In this document: positions 19,462 to 28,696 of the stretch, piece after piece
Position numbering within the stretch: position 1 is the first letter of the stretch
How the letters are laid out: each line of letters starts with the position of its first letter
NCBI GenBank assembly: GCA_945862475.1
Contig: CAMAYW010000001.1
Coordinates: forward strand, 1-32,919
DNA: 32,919 nucleotides
Source of the DNA: Bacteriovorax stolpii
Lineage (GTDB): Bacteria > Bdellovibrionota > Bacteriovoracia > Bacteriovoracales > Bacteriovoracaceae
Reading direction: 5' to 3'
Translations under genes and position numbers: made by a program
The notes under the pieces: generated by a model
Databases searched by the model: none
What the model was told of the DNA's origin: nothing
Seen by the model: only the letters and a program-made list of their open reading frames with translations

Positions 19462-20561
19462 ATGCCACGGACAAACTTTTAGAATCAAATCCCTTTGAGT
19501 TTTCAGAAGTTTCAAAAAAGCTTTTCTTAGAAAGCTTTAAAGAGAATGCCTTAAATCATTATGAAAAGCATGAGTTTACAAAAAAACTGTGGGACAAACT
19601 TCATTTCCATCCAAGTGATTTAAAAACGGAGAAAGATCTTGAAGCTGTTCCCGGTACAATGGTTCACTTATATAAAGAACATGAGTTCCTTTCAGTTCCC
19701 AAAAAAGATCTCGCTCTTATTCTAACGAGTTCTGGAACCGGTGGGCAAAAATCGCAACAATTTCTAGATTTACAGAGTTTAAATAATGTAAAAAAACTTG
19801 CTTTAAGAATTCATCAAGAACTCGGAATGGCGAGCTCAAAAGAATACAATTACCTTTGTTTTACCTATGACCCCAAAGTTGCCAATGATCTTGGAACGGC
19901 CTTTACAGATGAGCTTTTGACGAATTTCACTGGGAAAAAAGAAGTCTATTATGCCATTCAGTGGAATGAAGATGAAAAACAATTTGCTTTAAATGAGAAG
20001 GGAGTTCTTGAGGCCCTCAATCGGTTTGCCTCATCTCCTTATTCGACTAGGATTTTAGGATTTCCCGCCTTCTTATATGAGATAATTGAAAAACATAATA
20101 TCCAATTAAATCTAGGCGAAGATTCTTGGCTTCAAACTGGTGGGGGATGGAAAGGTAAATCAGATAAAGAAATCCCAAAAAGGGAATTTCGAAAATTTAT
20201 AGAAAATCGACTCGGTATTCCAGAAAGAAATCAGCGGGATCTTTTTGGAATGGTGGAGCACGGTATCCCTTATGTTGATTGTGAAGAGGGAAATCTTCAC
20301 ATCCCTAATTACGCTAGAGTCTTCGTTCGATCCCCTTATGATTTAAGCCTTAGACCCAAAGGTGAGAGGGGTCTTCTTCACTTCTTGTGTAGCTATAATT
20401 TTAGTTACCCAGCTCCTAGTTTACTTACAACTGACTATGGAAGAGTTGGAAGTTGCCGCTGTAGAATCGGTGGGGATACTTTAATCCTTGAAGGTCGTGC
20501 GGGAGTTTCAAAGCACAAAGGCTGTGCCTTAAAAGCTCTTGAGCTTTTGGAGAGAACATAA
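19458..20561 (+). CDS. LuxE-like acyl-protein synthetase
   Basis: LTSSGTGGQKS, RILGFPAFLY, QTGGGWKG, RDLFGMVEH, SLLTTDYG and C-terminal GRAG...KGCA carrying the LuxE-type acyl-accepting Cys. Confidence 0.88.
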   Translation: MNATDKLLESNPFEFSEVSKKLFLESFKENALNHYEKHEFTKKLWDKLHFHPSDLKTEKDLEAVPGTMVHLYKEHEFLSVPKKDLALILTSSGTGGQKSQQFLDLQSLNNVKKLALRIHQELGMASSKEYNYLCFTYDPKVANDLGTAFTDELLTNFTGKKEVYYAIQWNEDEKQFALNEKGVLEALNRFASSPYSTRILGFPAFLYEIIEKHNIQLNLGEDSWLQTGGGWKGKSDKEIPKREFRKFIENRLGIPERNQRDLFGMVEHGIPYVDCEEGNLHIPNYARVFVRSPYDLSLRPKGERGLLHFLCSYNFSYPAPSLLTTDYGRVGSCRCRIGGDTLILEGRAGVSKHKGCALKALELLERT

Positions 20562-21175
20562 TGTTTTGGTTTGGAGAAATGAAAGGAAGTGATTTTAATT
20601 GGAGAGACGACTCTTGTTGGTCAGCTATATCTCAAAAGAAAAGAATCCTTGCTCGAACAAAACTGGATGATTTATTAAATCTCTTGGATCAATTTGGAAA
20701 AGAATCCTTTGACGATGCCCTTCCTCAACTTACTTTGGAATCAGGGTTTTCATTAGAAGAAACGAAAAAGACTCTGGACCTTCTTCCTCTTCTTCTAAAA
20801 AAAGAAAATCTTTTAAAAAGAATAAAGGGAGAATTTAATAAAACTGAAATTTTGGATCAGTTTATTAAACTACCAAGTGGAAACGTTAAGACGAAAGCCG
20901 TTCCCAAAGGAATCCTTCTCCATGTAACGGCAGGAAATGTGTTTTTAAGTTCCATCGACTCACTTATCATGGGACTCATTACAAAAAATTTATCTGTGAT
21001 TAAAGTCAGTAGTCAAAATAAGTTCTTTCCACTTTATTTTGCACAAAAATTAAAAAGTTTTGATAAGGAAAATATTCTTTCAGATAAATTTGCCATCCTC
21101 CACTGGAAGGGTGGTGATGAAGAATCGGAAAATTTCATAAAGGCAAAGGTCGATGCCATCGTCGCATGGGGTTGA
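20561..21175 (+). CDS. N-terminal fragment of the LuxC-like acyl-CoA reductase (see combined feature)
   Basis: PKGILLHVTAGNVF, LITKNLSVIKVSS, HWKGGDE, DAIVAWG. Confidence 0.6.
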   Translation: MFWFGEMKGSDFNWRDDSCWSAISQKKRILARTKLDDLLNLLDQFGKESFDDALPQLTLESGFSLEETKKTLDLLPLLLKKENLLKRIKGEFNKTEILDQFIKLPSGNVKTKAVPKGILLHVTAGNVFLSSIDSLIMGLITKNLSVIKVSSQNKFFPLYFAQKLKSFDKENILSDKFAILHWKGGDEESENFIKAKVDAIVAWG

Positions 21176-21181
21176 GAGGAG

Positions 21182-22957
21182 ATGATCTCTTCTTATCAAA
21201 AAAATTTACCTCGGCATGTAAAGCTTATCGATTTTGGCCCAAAAATTTCTATTCAATTAATCTCGAAAGAAGGTTTAAAAAATAAAAATCTTCAAATTGT
21301 TGCTGAGAAAATTGTTGCTGATATTATTCCTTGGGATCAGTCCGCTTGCGCTTCTCCCCAGAATTTATATTTGGAAGACGGTATATCCGATGAACTTATT
21401 GGTTATATTGATGAAGCCTTTTTGAAGGCACCTCCTCGTGGCCATATTGATGAGGATGAAGCGACTGAAATCCTGAAAGAAAAATATCGTGCTCTCTTTT
21501 CAGAACTTATGGAAGGTGGAGTCTTAAGAGCAGGCCCAGAGCATCTTCTTCATTTAGAAACGAGCACAATTTTAAAACCTTCTCCCTTGCACCGCTCACT
21601 TATCATTAAGAGATTTTCTTCTGTCTCTGAATTAAGAGATAATTTGGAACCATTTTCTTATTACCTTCAATCTTGCTCTTATCTTTTGAGTGAAGAAGAG
21701 AAGGACCATTTTTTGGAAGAGCTCTCTTCCACTGGTGTTAAGCGTTTTGCTCCTTTGGGCACCATTACTTGGGGAATGGAGGGTGCACCTCACGATGGAA
21801 GATTTGTTTTAAGGGAACTTGTAAATTTCATCGGTGATGAAGTGAGAGCTGTTCATTATGGAGAATCAGTTTCTGAGGTTCATAATTCTTCTGTCTTAAA
21901 ATCATATTTTGAGTCTCACGATCACCCACCTGGCTACATTTTTTCATCTGGAGGAACAACCGGAGAGCCCAAGTATCTTCATTTTAGTTATGAAGAATTT
22001 GATTATATGAGTGATATGCTGGCCGAGAATTTTAGATCACAAGGGATTCTTAAAGGAATGACCGTCGCTAATTTATTCGTGGCGGGAAATTTATGGTCTT
22101 CATTTTTATGTGTTGAAAAAGCTTTGGAGAAAATCGGAGCTATTCAGCTTCCCATTGGCGGTATGTGCTCACAAGAAAATATATTAACTTATATCGATAA
22201 GTTTAAACCAGATGTCGTTATGGGCATACCATCTATGCTTGTCATGAATGCTGAATTTATGGCGTCGTTGGGTAAAGAGATAAAGATCCCTTACGTTTTT
22301 TATGCCGGAGAGGCCCTGTCTCAGTCCCGCCGTGAATTTCTCAGTAAAGTTTGGGGCACTACTTATTTTGGTTCCGCTGGTTATGCTTCTGTGGATGCAG
22401 GAGTGATTGGATATCAGTGCACCCATTGTGGGCCAGGTGAGCACCACCTTTTTTCAGACCTCGTTCATCTTGAAGTGATCGATGAGGAAGCAGTTGTTAC
22501 TTCTATCATTAGAGACTCCATGCCTATTAAAAATTATCGCACGGGAGACCGAGTTCAGTGGATTGACGATTGCAGCTGTGGAAGCCGTGATAAGAAGTTT
22601 AAGCTCTTAGGGCGAATTGATAATGTGATTCAGATATGGTCTTGTCGCTTACTAACTTCTGATATTGAATCTTCCATGAATGAATTGGGAGTCGTGACGT
22701 TTCAGATTGAACTTTTTGAAGAGAAGACGAGTGATTCTATTAAGGAGAAACTCAGACTTTTAGTCGAGTCACACCTTGGAGCGATTGATATAAAAGCGCT
22801 GTTAGAAAAAATCTATTTTAGATCAAGGGATTTAAAAGATACCATTTCTTTTGAAGAGTTTTTCGGAGGAACCGAAGTGGTTCTACTTTCGAAAGATTCG
22901 ATTTCAAGAAATCAAAGAACCGGAAAAATTAGTCTTGTCCGAGATCTTAGAGATTAG
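21182..22957 (+). CDS. C-terminal fragment: LuxC catalytic half plus PaaK-like CoA-ligase domain (see combined feature)
   Basis: FGPKISI, DQSACASPQ (catalytic Cys), YLQSC and PHDG, then adenylation motifs FSSGGTTGEPK, YAGEAL, GYASVDAG, YRTGD and LLGRID. Confidence 0.6.
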   Translation: MISSYQKNLPRHVKLIDFGPKISIQLISKEGLKNKNLQIVAEKIVADIIPWDQSACASPQNLYLEDGISDELIGYIDEAFLKAPPRGHIDEDEATEILKEKYRALFSELMEGGVLRAGPEHLLHLETSTILKPSPLHRSLIIKRFSSVSELRDNLEPFSYYLQSCSYLLSEEEKDHFLEELSSTGVKRFAPLGTITWGMEGAPHDGRFVLRELVNFIGDEVRAVHYGESVSEVHNSSVLKSYFESHDHPPGYIFSSGGTTGEPKYLHFSYEEFDYMSDMLAENFRSQGILKGMTVANLFVAGNLWSSFLCVEKALEKIGAIQLPIGGMCSQENILTYIDKFKPDVVMGIPSMLVMNAEFMASLGKEIKIPYVFYAGEALSQSRREFLSKVWGTTYFGSAGYASVDAGVIGYQCTHCGPGEHHLFSDLVHLEVIDEEAVVTSIIRDSMPIKNYRTGDRVQWIDDCSCGSRDKKFKLLGRIDNVIQIWSCRLLTSDIESSMNELGVVTFQIELFEEKTSDSIKEKLRLLVESHLGAIDIKALLEKIYFRSRDLKDTISFEEFFGGTEVVLLSKDSISRNQRTGKISLVRDLRD

Positions 22958-23483
22958 ACTTTTCCCAGAATTCAATAAGAGCATTTGGAATGGGAGATTT
23001 TTCCCATTGAAGATTGAACTCACTTATTAGTCGAAGGTTCATTTCTTTTTCTTCAGGGTGAAGAAGTTCGCGTCTTTCCAAAATATCCGTTTCTGAATAG
23101 CAGTGCTCACTCGCCTTCAGTTCAACGTGATGAGAGTCAAAGGCGAGGCATCCGTAGGGTTTAATTTCTCTCGGTAGTGGGCAACCTAGTTCATGGTGAT
23201 TAAAAAAAGGACAAGTATAAGTCTTTCGTAAGTAGCTTCTTTTTGAATTGATGTATTTAGGCTCAAGTCGATATTGAGTTACACACGCTTGAAGCTTTGA
23301 TTTAAGTTCACTTGTAAGAAGATTCTCTTCTTTAAGATAATTAAAAAGTTCATTTGCTTCAAGGGGAGTAATAAGCATGGAGTTTGCTTCAAAAGTACAG
23401 CAAGTTCCAGGGCAGCCAACACAACCCATGCCCTGACTTTCAAGCACGTTCATTCTATTTAGTAGAATTTCCCTTCGGTTCAT
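22947..23483 (-). CDS. YkgJ/FliB-like cysteine-cluster (Zn or Fe-S binding) protein
   Basis: CVGCPGTCC followed by CPFF...GC.......PYGCLAF, the CxxCxxCC family pattern. Confidence 0.8.
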   Translation of the reverse strand: MNRREILLNRMNVLESQGMGCVGCPGTCCTFEANSMLITPLEANELFNYLKEENLLTSELKSKLQACVTQYRLEPKYINSKRSYLRKTYTCPFFNHHELGCPLPREIKPYGCLAFDSHHVELKASEHCYSETDILERRELLHPEEKEMNLRLISEFNLQWEKSPIPNALIEFWEKSNL

Positions 23484-23619
23484 AGGCCCTTAGTATCGTT
23501 ATTGAGCTAAACATCCCAGAAAAATTAACTTTGTTGCAGTGCGCACCGTGGACTCCGTCCGACTTTTTTAGTACAAAATCCCATACTTTTCTTTTTGTTA
23601 CACTTCTTAGGAGATCATC

Positions 23620-25686
23620 ATGATTGATTCTTGGTTGATGTGGGTTAAAACCCCTGTGATCTTTGGCGTGCTCGGACTTATGATAGCCGCCTTTTTCTAC
23701 TTCAAAGTCATTTCTTTGGGTAAAGGAACGGATACTATGGAGCGCATTGCGGGTTATATCCGCGAAGGTGCCATGGCCTTCTTGTTCAGACAGTACAAAG
23801 TGCTTGCAATTTACTCGCTTGTGGTTGGCGGTCTTATCGCCTACGCACTTGGTGGTTTAGCTGCTGGCTCATTTATACTAGGTGCGTTCCTTTCACTTCT
23901 TGCTGGTTTCGTGGGAATGAAGGCAGCCACTTATGCCAACGTAAAAACAACACAAGCCGCTCGATCAAATTCTAGACCACTCGCTCTCCTTACTGCTTTA
24001 GATGGTGGTGCAGTGATGGGATTATCTGTTGCAGGTCTTGGATGTATTGGTCTTGGAGTTATCTACCTTTCATTCAAAGAAGCTGATGATAAAATCCTCT
24101 CAACTGTTCTTCACTCCTTTGCTGTAGGTGCATCTTCCATTGCACTTTTTGCTCGTATTGGTGGTGGTATCTATACAAAAGCAGCTGATGTTGGTTCAGA
24201 CATTGCTGGTAAAGTAATTGAAAATATTCCTGAGGATGATCCTCGTAACCCTGGTGTTATTGCTGATAACGTTGGTGATAACGTCGGTGACGTTGCGGGA
24301 ATGGGTGCTGATATTTATGAATCGATGGTTGCTGCCATTGTGGCAGCGATGGCGATTGCGATCACTTCATCTGAACTTCCTGTTTTAAGCACAACAGTAG
24401 ATTCAGCGATGAATAAAATTCTTGCTGTTGGTCTACCACTTGTTATTTCAGCTGTTGGGCTACTTGTTTCCATTGTTTGTATTTTTGTCGCTCGTATGAT
24501 GAAAAATATGGATCCAGCGAAAGTTCTTCGTGGGGCCCTCATTCTTCCTCCTCTCGTTTTAGCTGTTGCTTCTTACGTGATTATGTCCTCACTTGGGATT
24601 ACTCAATCAGTAACAGCGATTCTAACAATCGGTGCGATTGGCGGAACAATTATTGGTCTTGTGACTGATTATTATACGTCTGCTGGCCCTGTTGCTCGTA
24701 TTGCAGAATCTGCAAGAACTGGTGCCGGAACAAACGTTATTCAAGGTCTTGCTGTTGGTATGGAATCAACGGCTATTCCAATGATCGTAGTTGCAGTGGT
24801 TGCTTATCTTTCCAATAAATATCTTGGCCTTTACGGAATTGCTCTTTCTGCAGTTGGTATGCTTGGTGGTACAGCGGTCGTGATGACAGTTGATGCTTAC
24901 GGGCCAATTTCAGACAACGCTGGTGGTATTTCTGAAATGTCAGGTCTAGGGCCTGAAGTTCGTGCGATCACTGATGAGTTAGATATGGTTGGTAATACGA
25001 CAGCAGCTATTGGTAAGGGCTATGCAATTGGTTCAGCGATCCTGACCGTGCTTGCATTATTCTCTGCTTATAACATTGAAATTAACCACGTCCGTTCTTT
25101 AAGTGGTCTTGGTGCTGTTGAACTTGTTTTAACTGATCCAAAAATTCTTATCGGTATCCTTCTTGGTGCTATCCTTCCATTCCTCGTTGGTTCAACAACG
25201 ATGCTTGCTGTTGGTAAAGCAGCAGGTGCGATCGTGGTTGAAATCGGTCGTCAATTTAGAGAGATTCCAGGACTTATGGAACTTAAAGCTGAGCCTCAGC
25301 CGTCTAAAATTGTGGATATTGCTACAACTGCCGCTTTAAAAGAAATGATTCTTCCAGGTATGATTGCAGTTCTTGCTCCAGTCTTGGTTGGATTCTTCAT
25401 GGGCCCAGCCTCTCTTGCTGGACTTCTTGCTGGTTCATTAGCTGTTGGTGCAACAATGTCTCTCTTCATGGCAAATGCTGGTGGAGCTTGGGATAATGCT
25501 AAAAAATATATCGAAAAAGGTAAGCTTGCTGGTGAGAAGAAGGGAACTGATACTCATAAAGCAGCTGTTGTGGGAGATATGGTAGGAGATCCGTTTAAGG
25601 ATACTTCTGGCCCTGGTATCGCCATCCTTATTAAAGTGATGTCGGTTGTTTCTCTCCTCATTGCTCCGTTGATTGCAAACTTGTAA
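23620..25686 (+). CDS. hppA: Membrane-bound ion-translocating pyrophosphatase, K+-dependent, probably Na+-pumping
   Basis: [82 protein letters not shown] upstream. Confidence 0.96.
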   Translation: MIDSWLMWVKTPVIFGVLGLMIAAFFYFKVISLGKGTDTMERIAGYIREGAMAFLFRQYKVLAIYSLVVGGLIAYALGGLAAGSFILGAFLSLLAGFVGMKAATYANVKTTQAARSNSRPLALLTALDGGAVMGLSVAGLGCIGLGVIYLSFKEADDKILSTVLHSFAVGASSIALFARIGGGIYTKAADVGSDIAGKVIENIPEDDPRNPGVIADNVGDNVGDVAGMGADIYESMVAAIVAAMAIAITSSELPVLSTTVDSAMNKILAVGLPLVISAVGLLVSIVCIFVARMMKNMDPAKVLRGALILPPLVLAVASYVIMSSLGITQSVTAILTIGAIGGTIIGLVTDYYTSAGPVARIAESARTGAGTNVIQGLAVGMESTAIPMIVVAVVAYLSNKYLGLYGIALSAVGMLGGTAVVMTVDAYGPISDNAGGISEMSGLGPEVRAITDELDMVGNTTAAIGKGYAIGSAILTVLALFSAYNIEINHVRSLSGLGAVELVLTDPKILIGILLGAILPFLVGSTTMLAVGKAAGAIVVEIGRQFREIPGLMELKAEPQPSKIVDIATTAALKEMILPGMIAVLAPVLVGFFMGPASLAGLLAGSLAVGATMSLFMANAGGAWDNAKKYIEKGKLAGEKKGTDTHKAAVVGDMVGDPFKDTSGPGIAILIKVMSVVSLLIAPLIANL

Positions 25687-25696
25687 TTCAATAAAT

Positions 25697-25725
25697 AAGG
25701 GCCCCTTTCGGGGCCCTTTTTTTTT
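25697..25725 (+). terminator. Rho-independent terminator of hppA
   Basis: AAGGGCCCC-TTTC-GGGGCCCTT hairpin with a T9 tract (25717-25725), starting 11 nt after the hppA stop. Confidence 0.9.
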
Positions 25726-26626
25726 AGGTTCCACCAAAAAGCATTTCAATTTGGAAAGTGATGAAAGGTGTACTAACGAAAGAGCGAATCTTAGGAAAAT
25801 CAACTCCTGGAATAATATCCAAATAAAACCACTGACGATAAATGTTTTTTCGATAGTTAATCGCCGCGCGATAATTACTCACGTACCAATTTCCCTCGTG
25901 AATAACTGACTGGGTTGTGAGGCCATAGTTTAGGGCATCATTATCCGTAAGCCTTTGAATAATTGTTGGGCCATGATTTGTGGTGAAATCTTTGGTTGTA
26001 ATGAACCAGCGCTTGTTATTTATGAAACGAAAAATAACATCGGCGCTAAAAGCATAATCGGAATCAATATTTGTTTCTTCTTGAAGACCATTCTCATCTG
26101 TAACATACGTTAACTGTTCATAAAAACGATGAGTGAAGTCTCCCGTTTCAATATTTCTTCTTAATCTGGCCCTATTAACAATTTTTGGAGGAATAGCAGT
26201 GGTGACCCCAATATCTGCGTTAAAAATCCATCCCTGAGATGGGTTTGTGATTTTCTGTTTCTCAACTGATTGTCCATCACCCTTTTTGTCTTCTTTCTTC
26301 TTTTCTTTATCTTTACCAAATTTAAATTTAAATTTTTCTTGAAGATTTGGAAGTCTAAGATTGATTCGGTACTGAGTTTTAAAATCAGCTTCACTTGCAT
26401 CCCGCAAAAAATACTGGGCCCGCAGACGGAGTCGACTTCTTCCAAATTCATCATCTGCTCTTTCAGTTGCAAAAAAGGAGTCGAGTTGGTTGGCGGCCAG
26501 ATTCACACGTGAACCAAAAAACCTTTGAGCCTTATCGAGAATCGGAATTGTTCTTTCTGGCGGCTCTTCCGATGGAGAGGAGTACCCCAAAATTGGAATT
26601 AAAATGAGTAAGAGAAGATATCTCAT
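25724..26626 (-). CDS. Hypothetical exported protein, probable outer-membrane beta-barrel
   Basis: Signal peptide [16 protein letters not shown] (ATG 26626), LDSFF...RSRLRLR, alternating beta-strand pattern, [16 protein letters not shown] and C-terminal [12 protein letters not shown]. Confidence 0.6.
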   Translation of the reverse strand: MRYLLLLILIPILGYSSPSEEPPERTIPILDKAQRFFGSRVNLAANQLDSFFATERADDEFGRSRLRLRAQYFLRDASEADFKTQYRINLRLPNLQEKFKFKFGKDKEKKKEDKKGDGQSVEKQKITNPSQGWIFNADIGVTTAIPPKIVNRARLRRNIETGDFTHRFYEQLTYVTDENGLQEETNIDSDYAFSADVIFRFINNKRWFITTKDFTTNHGPTIIQRLTDNDALNYGLTTQSVIHEGNWYVSNYRAAINYRKNIYRQWFYLDIIPGVDFPKIRSFVSTPFITFQIEMLFGGT

Positions 26627-26805
26627 GAATTGATTGTAACGAATAATCCTAAACTGCCAAATCTTCATGGCAATTTTATTGTAAAAAGAAAACCTTGAGA
26701 TTCACTAACGCCTGAAATTCTGGAGAAATGTTGATTTCTGTGCTCACTTCAGTTGCATTCAGTTTTAAAATTTTCCCAATTAGTCTTTGTCCATGGGAGG
26801 ATATC

Positions 26806-27600
26806 GTGAGAAACAGGAAGTTAATGGCATCTACAACGTTCTTAATCGGTTTTTTAAGTCTTGTAACCCTCTGGTTTATTAAAAATCCCAAATTCACTCG
26901 TACAGAACTTTCAGACAAGGCACTTCTCGCCCTCGTAAAAAATGACCTTAATGAATTTACAAATTTCTTAAAACTTGGTGGGAACGTTCATCAGAATCTT
27001 CCTCTTATAGATGGAAAAAAATATACCGTCGCTGAAGGAATTGCTCACTTTGAGCGGGTGTCTTTTTTAAGGATGCTCAGAGAGAATAATATTTCTTATC
27101 TTAAACAAGAGAATAATAAAAATCAGGATATTCTCACTATCGCGATTGAAAAAAATAACCCAGAACTTTTAAATGAAATCAGTCTTTCTAAGCCTAGATA
27201 TGATTTAACTTATGGCAAAGAAGGGTGGTCTATTCTGCATATGGCAAGTTCTTGTTGTGCCCATAAACTAACGGCCATCATTCATGAGAAAAGTCAGTTA
27301 CGTTGGGATGAAAAATCTCAAGATGGTAAAACTCCATTGGCCATCGCTCATGAGAAGGATTGTCACCCGATGCTTAATTATTGGAAAACTCAGGGTGCTG
27401 AAGTTATGAGTGAAACGAAAAAAGAGAAGAGTAAAAGAATTTCAAGTCGGACCAACGAAGGCGCCCCTACAGTTCCAGATTTCTACAAAAAGAGAAAAGT
27501 TCCAAAAGATCAAATTATAGATCACACGGCAATGCTCGAGCCTAGTGACCGACCTCTTGAGGCCACAGAGACGTCCAAATATTCTGAATTTGCGGATTAA
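26806..27600 (+). CDS. Membrane-anchored ankyrin-repeat protein
   Basis: GGGAGG SD then GTG 26806. N-terminal TM and ankyrin-like units DILTIAIEKNNPELL, GWSILHMA and GKTPLAIAHEKDC. Confidence 0.75.
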   Translation: MRNRKLMASTTFLIGFLSLVTLWFIKNPKFTRTELSDKALLALVKNDLNEFTNFLKLGGNVHQNLPLIDGKKYTVAEGIAHFERVSFLRMLRENNISYLKQENNKNQDILTIAIEKNNPELLNEISLSKPRYDLTYGKEGWSILHMASSCCAHKLTAIIHEKSQLRWDEKSQDGKTPLAIAHEKDCHPMLNYWKTQGAEVMSETKKEKSKRISSRTNEGAPTVPDFYKKRKVPKDQIIDHTAMLEPSDRPLEATETSKYSEFAD

Positions 27601-27667
27601 AAGATTGGCCTTCTTTACTTGCAGAAAATTCTTTTAGGATTAAAATGAAATAGTAGAGGAGGGCAAC

Positions 27668-27907
27668 ATGGAAGTTGTTCGTAGATCAAATGCAGAAATA
27701 GAAAAAGAACTTGGAACCGTTGCCTATTTTATTCGTAAAAAAAGAAAAGAGCGTGGAGTAACCCAGGAAAAACTCGCTAAAGAGTCCGGAGTGGGGTTGG
27801 CATTTTTAAAGCGTCTTGAAGGTGGAGACGAAAATCTTCACATGGCGAAAGTTCTTCAAGTCCTTCGCCATTTGAATGCTGATTTATTTCCGAAAGAATA
27901 CCAGTAG
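27668..27907 (+). CDS. XRE-family HTH protein (HipB/y4mF-like)
   Basis: IRKKRKERGVTQEKLAKESGVGLAFLKRLEGG...AKVLQVL. Strong GAGGAGG SD. Confidence 0.85.
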   Translation: MEVVRRSNAEIEKELGTVAYFIRKKRKERGVTQEKLAKESGVGLAFLKRLEGGDENLHMAKVLQVLRHLNADLFPKEYQ

Positions 27908-27909
27908 TC

Positions 27910-28638
27910 TTATTTTTGATTCTTTAAGCGGTAGCGCATGTTAATGAGTTCTACCGCTAATGAAAATGCCATCGCAAAATAGATGTAACCTTTAGATACA
28001 TGAGCTCCAAAACTTTCTGCGATTAACATCACACCAATTAAAATAAGAAACGACAGTGCAAGAATTTTGATCGTCGGATGTTTATCGACAAAATTAGAAA
28101 TGCTTCCTGCGGAAACGAGCATAATAATCATGGATAAAATCATCGCCGTTATCATGATTGGAATATGGTTGGCCATTCCGACGGCCGTGATGACCGAGTC
28201 CAATGAAAAGACGATATCTAAGAGAAGAATTTGAAAAAGCATCCAGCGAGGACTAACCGTTTTTTTATGTCCAACGGATTCAGCTTCATGTAAATGGATC
28301 TGAGGATCTCCTTCGACCTTGTGATGAATTTCAAAAGTGGACTTCGCCACTAAAAATAATCCACCTAAAAGTAAGATAAGGTCTCTTCCAGAGAAGGTTT
28401 GTTCTAAGATTGAAAAAAGAGGATTCGTTAAAGTCATAATCCAGCTGATCGAGAAGAGAAGAAGAACTCTTATAATAAGAGCAAGAGAGATCCCAATGTT
28501 TCTTGTTTTCTTTTGAGATTCTTTAGGTAAGCGACCTACGAGGATAGCAATGAAGATGATATTATCAATACCAAGAACTGTTTCCATGGCAGTCAGTGTG
28601 AATAATGAAGTTAAATTTTGTGCTGTTAATTCAAACAT
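27910..28638 (-). CDS. TerC family integral membrane protein
   Basis: METVLGIDNIIFI, GRDLILLLGGLFL, DIVFSLDSVITAVGM, HPTIKILALSFL, KGYIYFAMAFS. ATG 28638 follows a GAGGAG SD. Confidence 0.93.
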   Translation of the reverse strand: MFELTAQNLTSLFTLTAMETVLGIDNIIFIAILVGRLPKESQKKTRNIGISLALIIRVLLLFSISWIMTLTNPLFSILEQTFSGRDLILLLGGLFLVAKSTFEIHHKVEGDPQIHLHEAESVGHKKTVSPRWMLFQILLLDIVFSLDSVITAVGMANHIPIMITAMILSMIIMLVSAGSISNFVDKHPTIKILALSFLILIGVMLIAESFGAHVSKGYIYFAMAFSLAVELINMRYRLKNQK

Positions 28639-28696
28639 AGGTCTCCTCAAGTACGTTCTTCTTTAATATGTTACAATACTAAAAGAGGAGAAAACC

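Larger units (their letters stand above)
20561..22957 (+). pseudogene. LuxC-like acyl-CoA reductase fused to a PaaK-like (phenylacetate-CoA ligase-type) adenylating domain, interrupted by one in-frame TGA at 21173-21175
   Basis: ORFs 20561..21175 and 21182..22957 share a frame: gca tgg ggt TGA gag gag atg = AWG*EEM, where LuxC-family proteins have AWGG. Read through, the product is 798 aa. It could be a real nonsense mutation or a sequencing error. Confidence 0.8.

Noticed and set aside
21173-21175. TGA as selenocysteine
   Set aside because: The position corresponds to Gly in AWGG, not Cys. The catalytic Cys (DQSAC) is normally encoded downstream, and I saw no convincing SECIS hairpin.
21173-21175. 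Genome-wide TGA=Gly (translation table 25)
   Set aside because: TGA acts as a real stop elsewhere (325-327, 14303-14305, 19459-19461, and 17398-17396 on the minus strand), and no other gene in the window is broken by TGA.
18325-22957. Bioluminescence operon
   Set aside because: No luxA, luxB, luxD or luxG in the window, and the GNAT and PaaK-like parts do not belong to luxCDABE.
17284-23496. 12-bp inverted repeat (ATACTAAGGGCC at 17284-17295, GGCCCTTAGTAT at 23485-23496) bracketing the alkB/lux-like/ykgJ block as mobile-element ends
   Set aside because: Many 12-mer matches are expected by chance in 33 kb, the match does not extend, and there is no transposase, integrase or evident target duplication.
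27910-28638. Tellurite-resistance (ter) island
   Set aside because: A lone TerC-family gene with no terA/B/D/Z neighbours; stand-alone TerC proteins are common.
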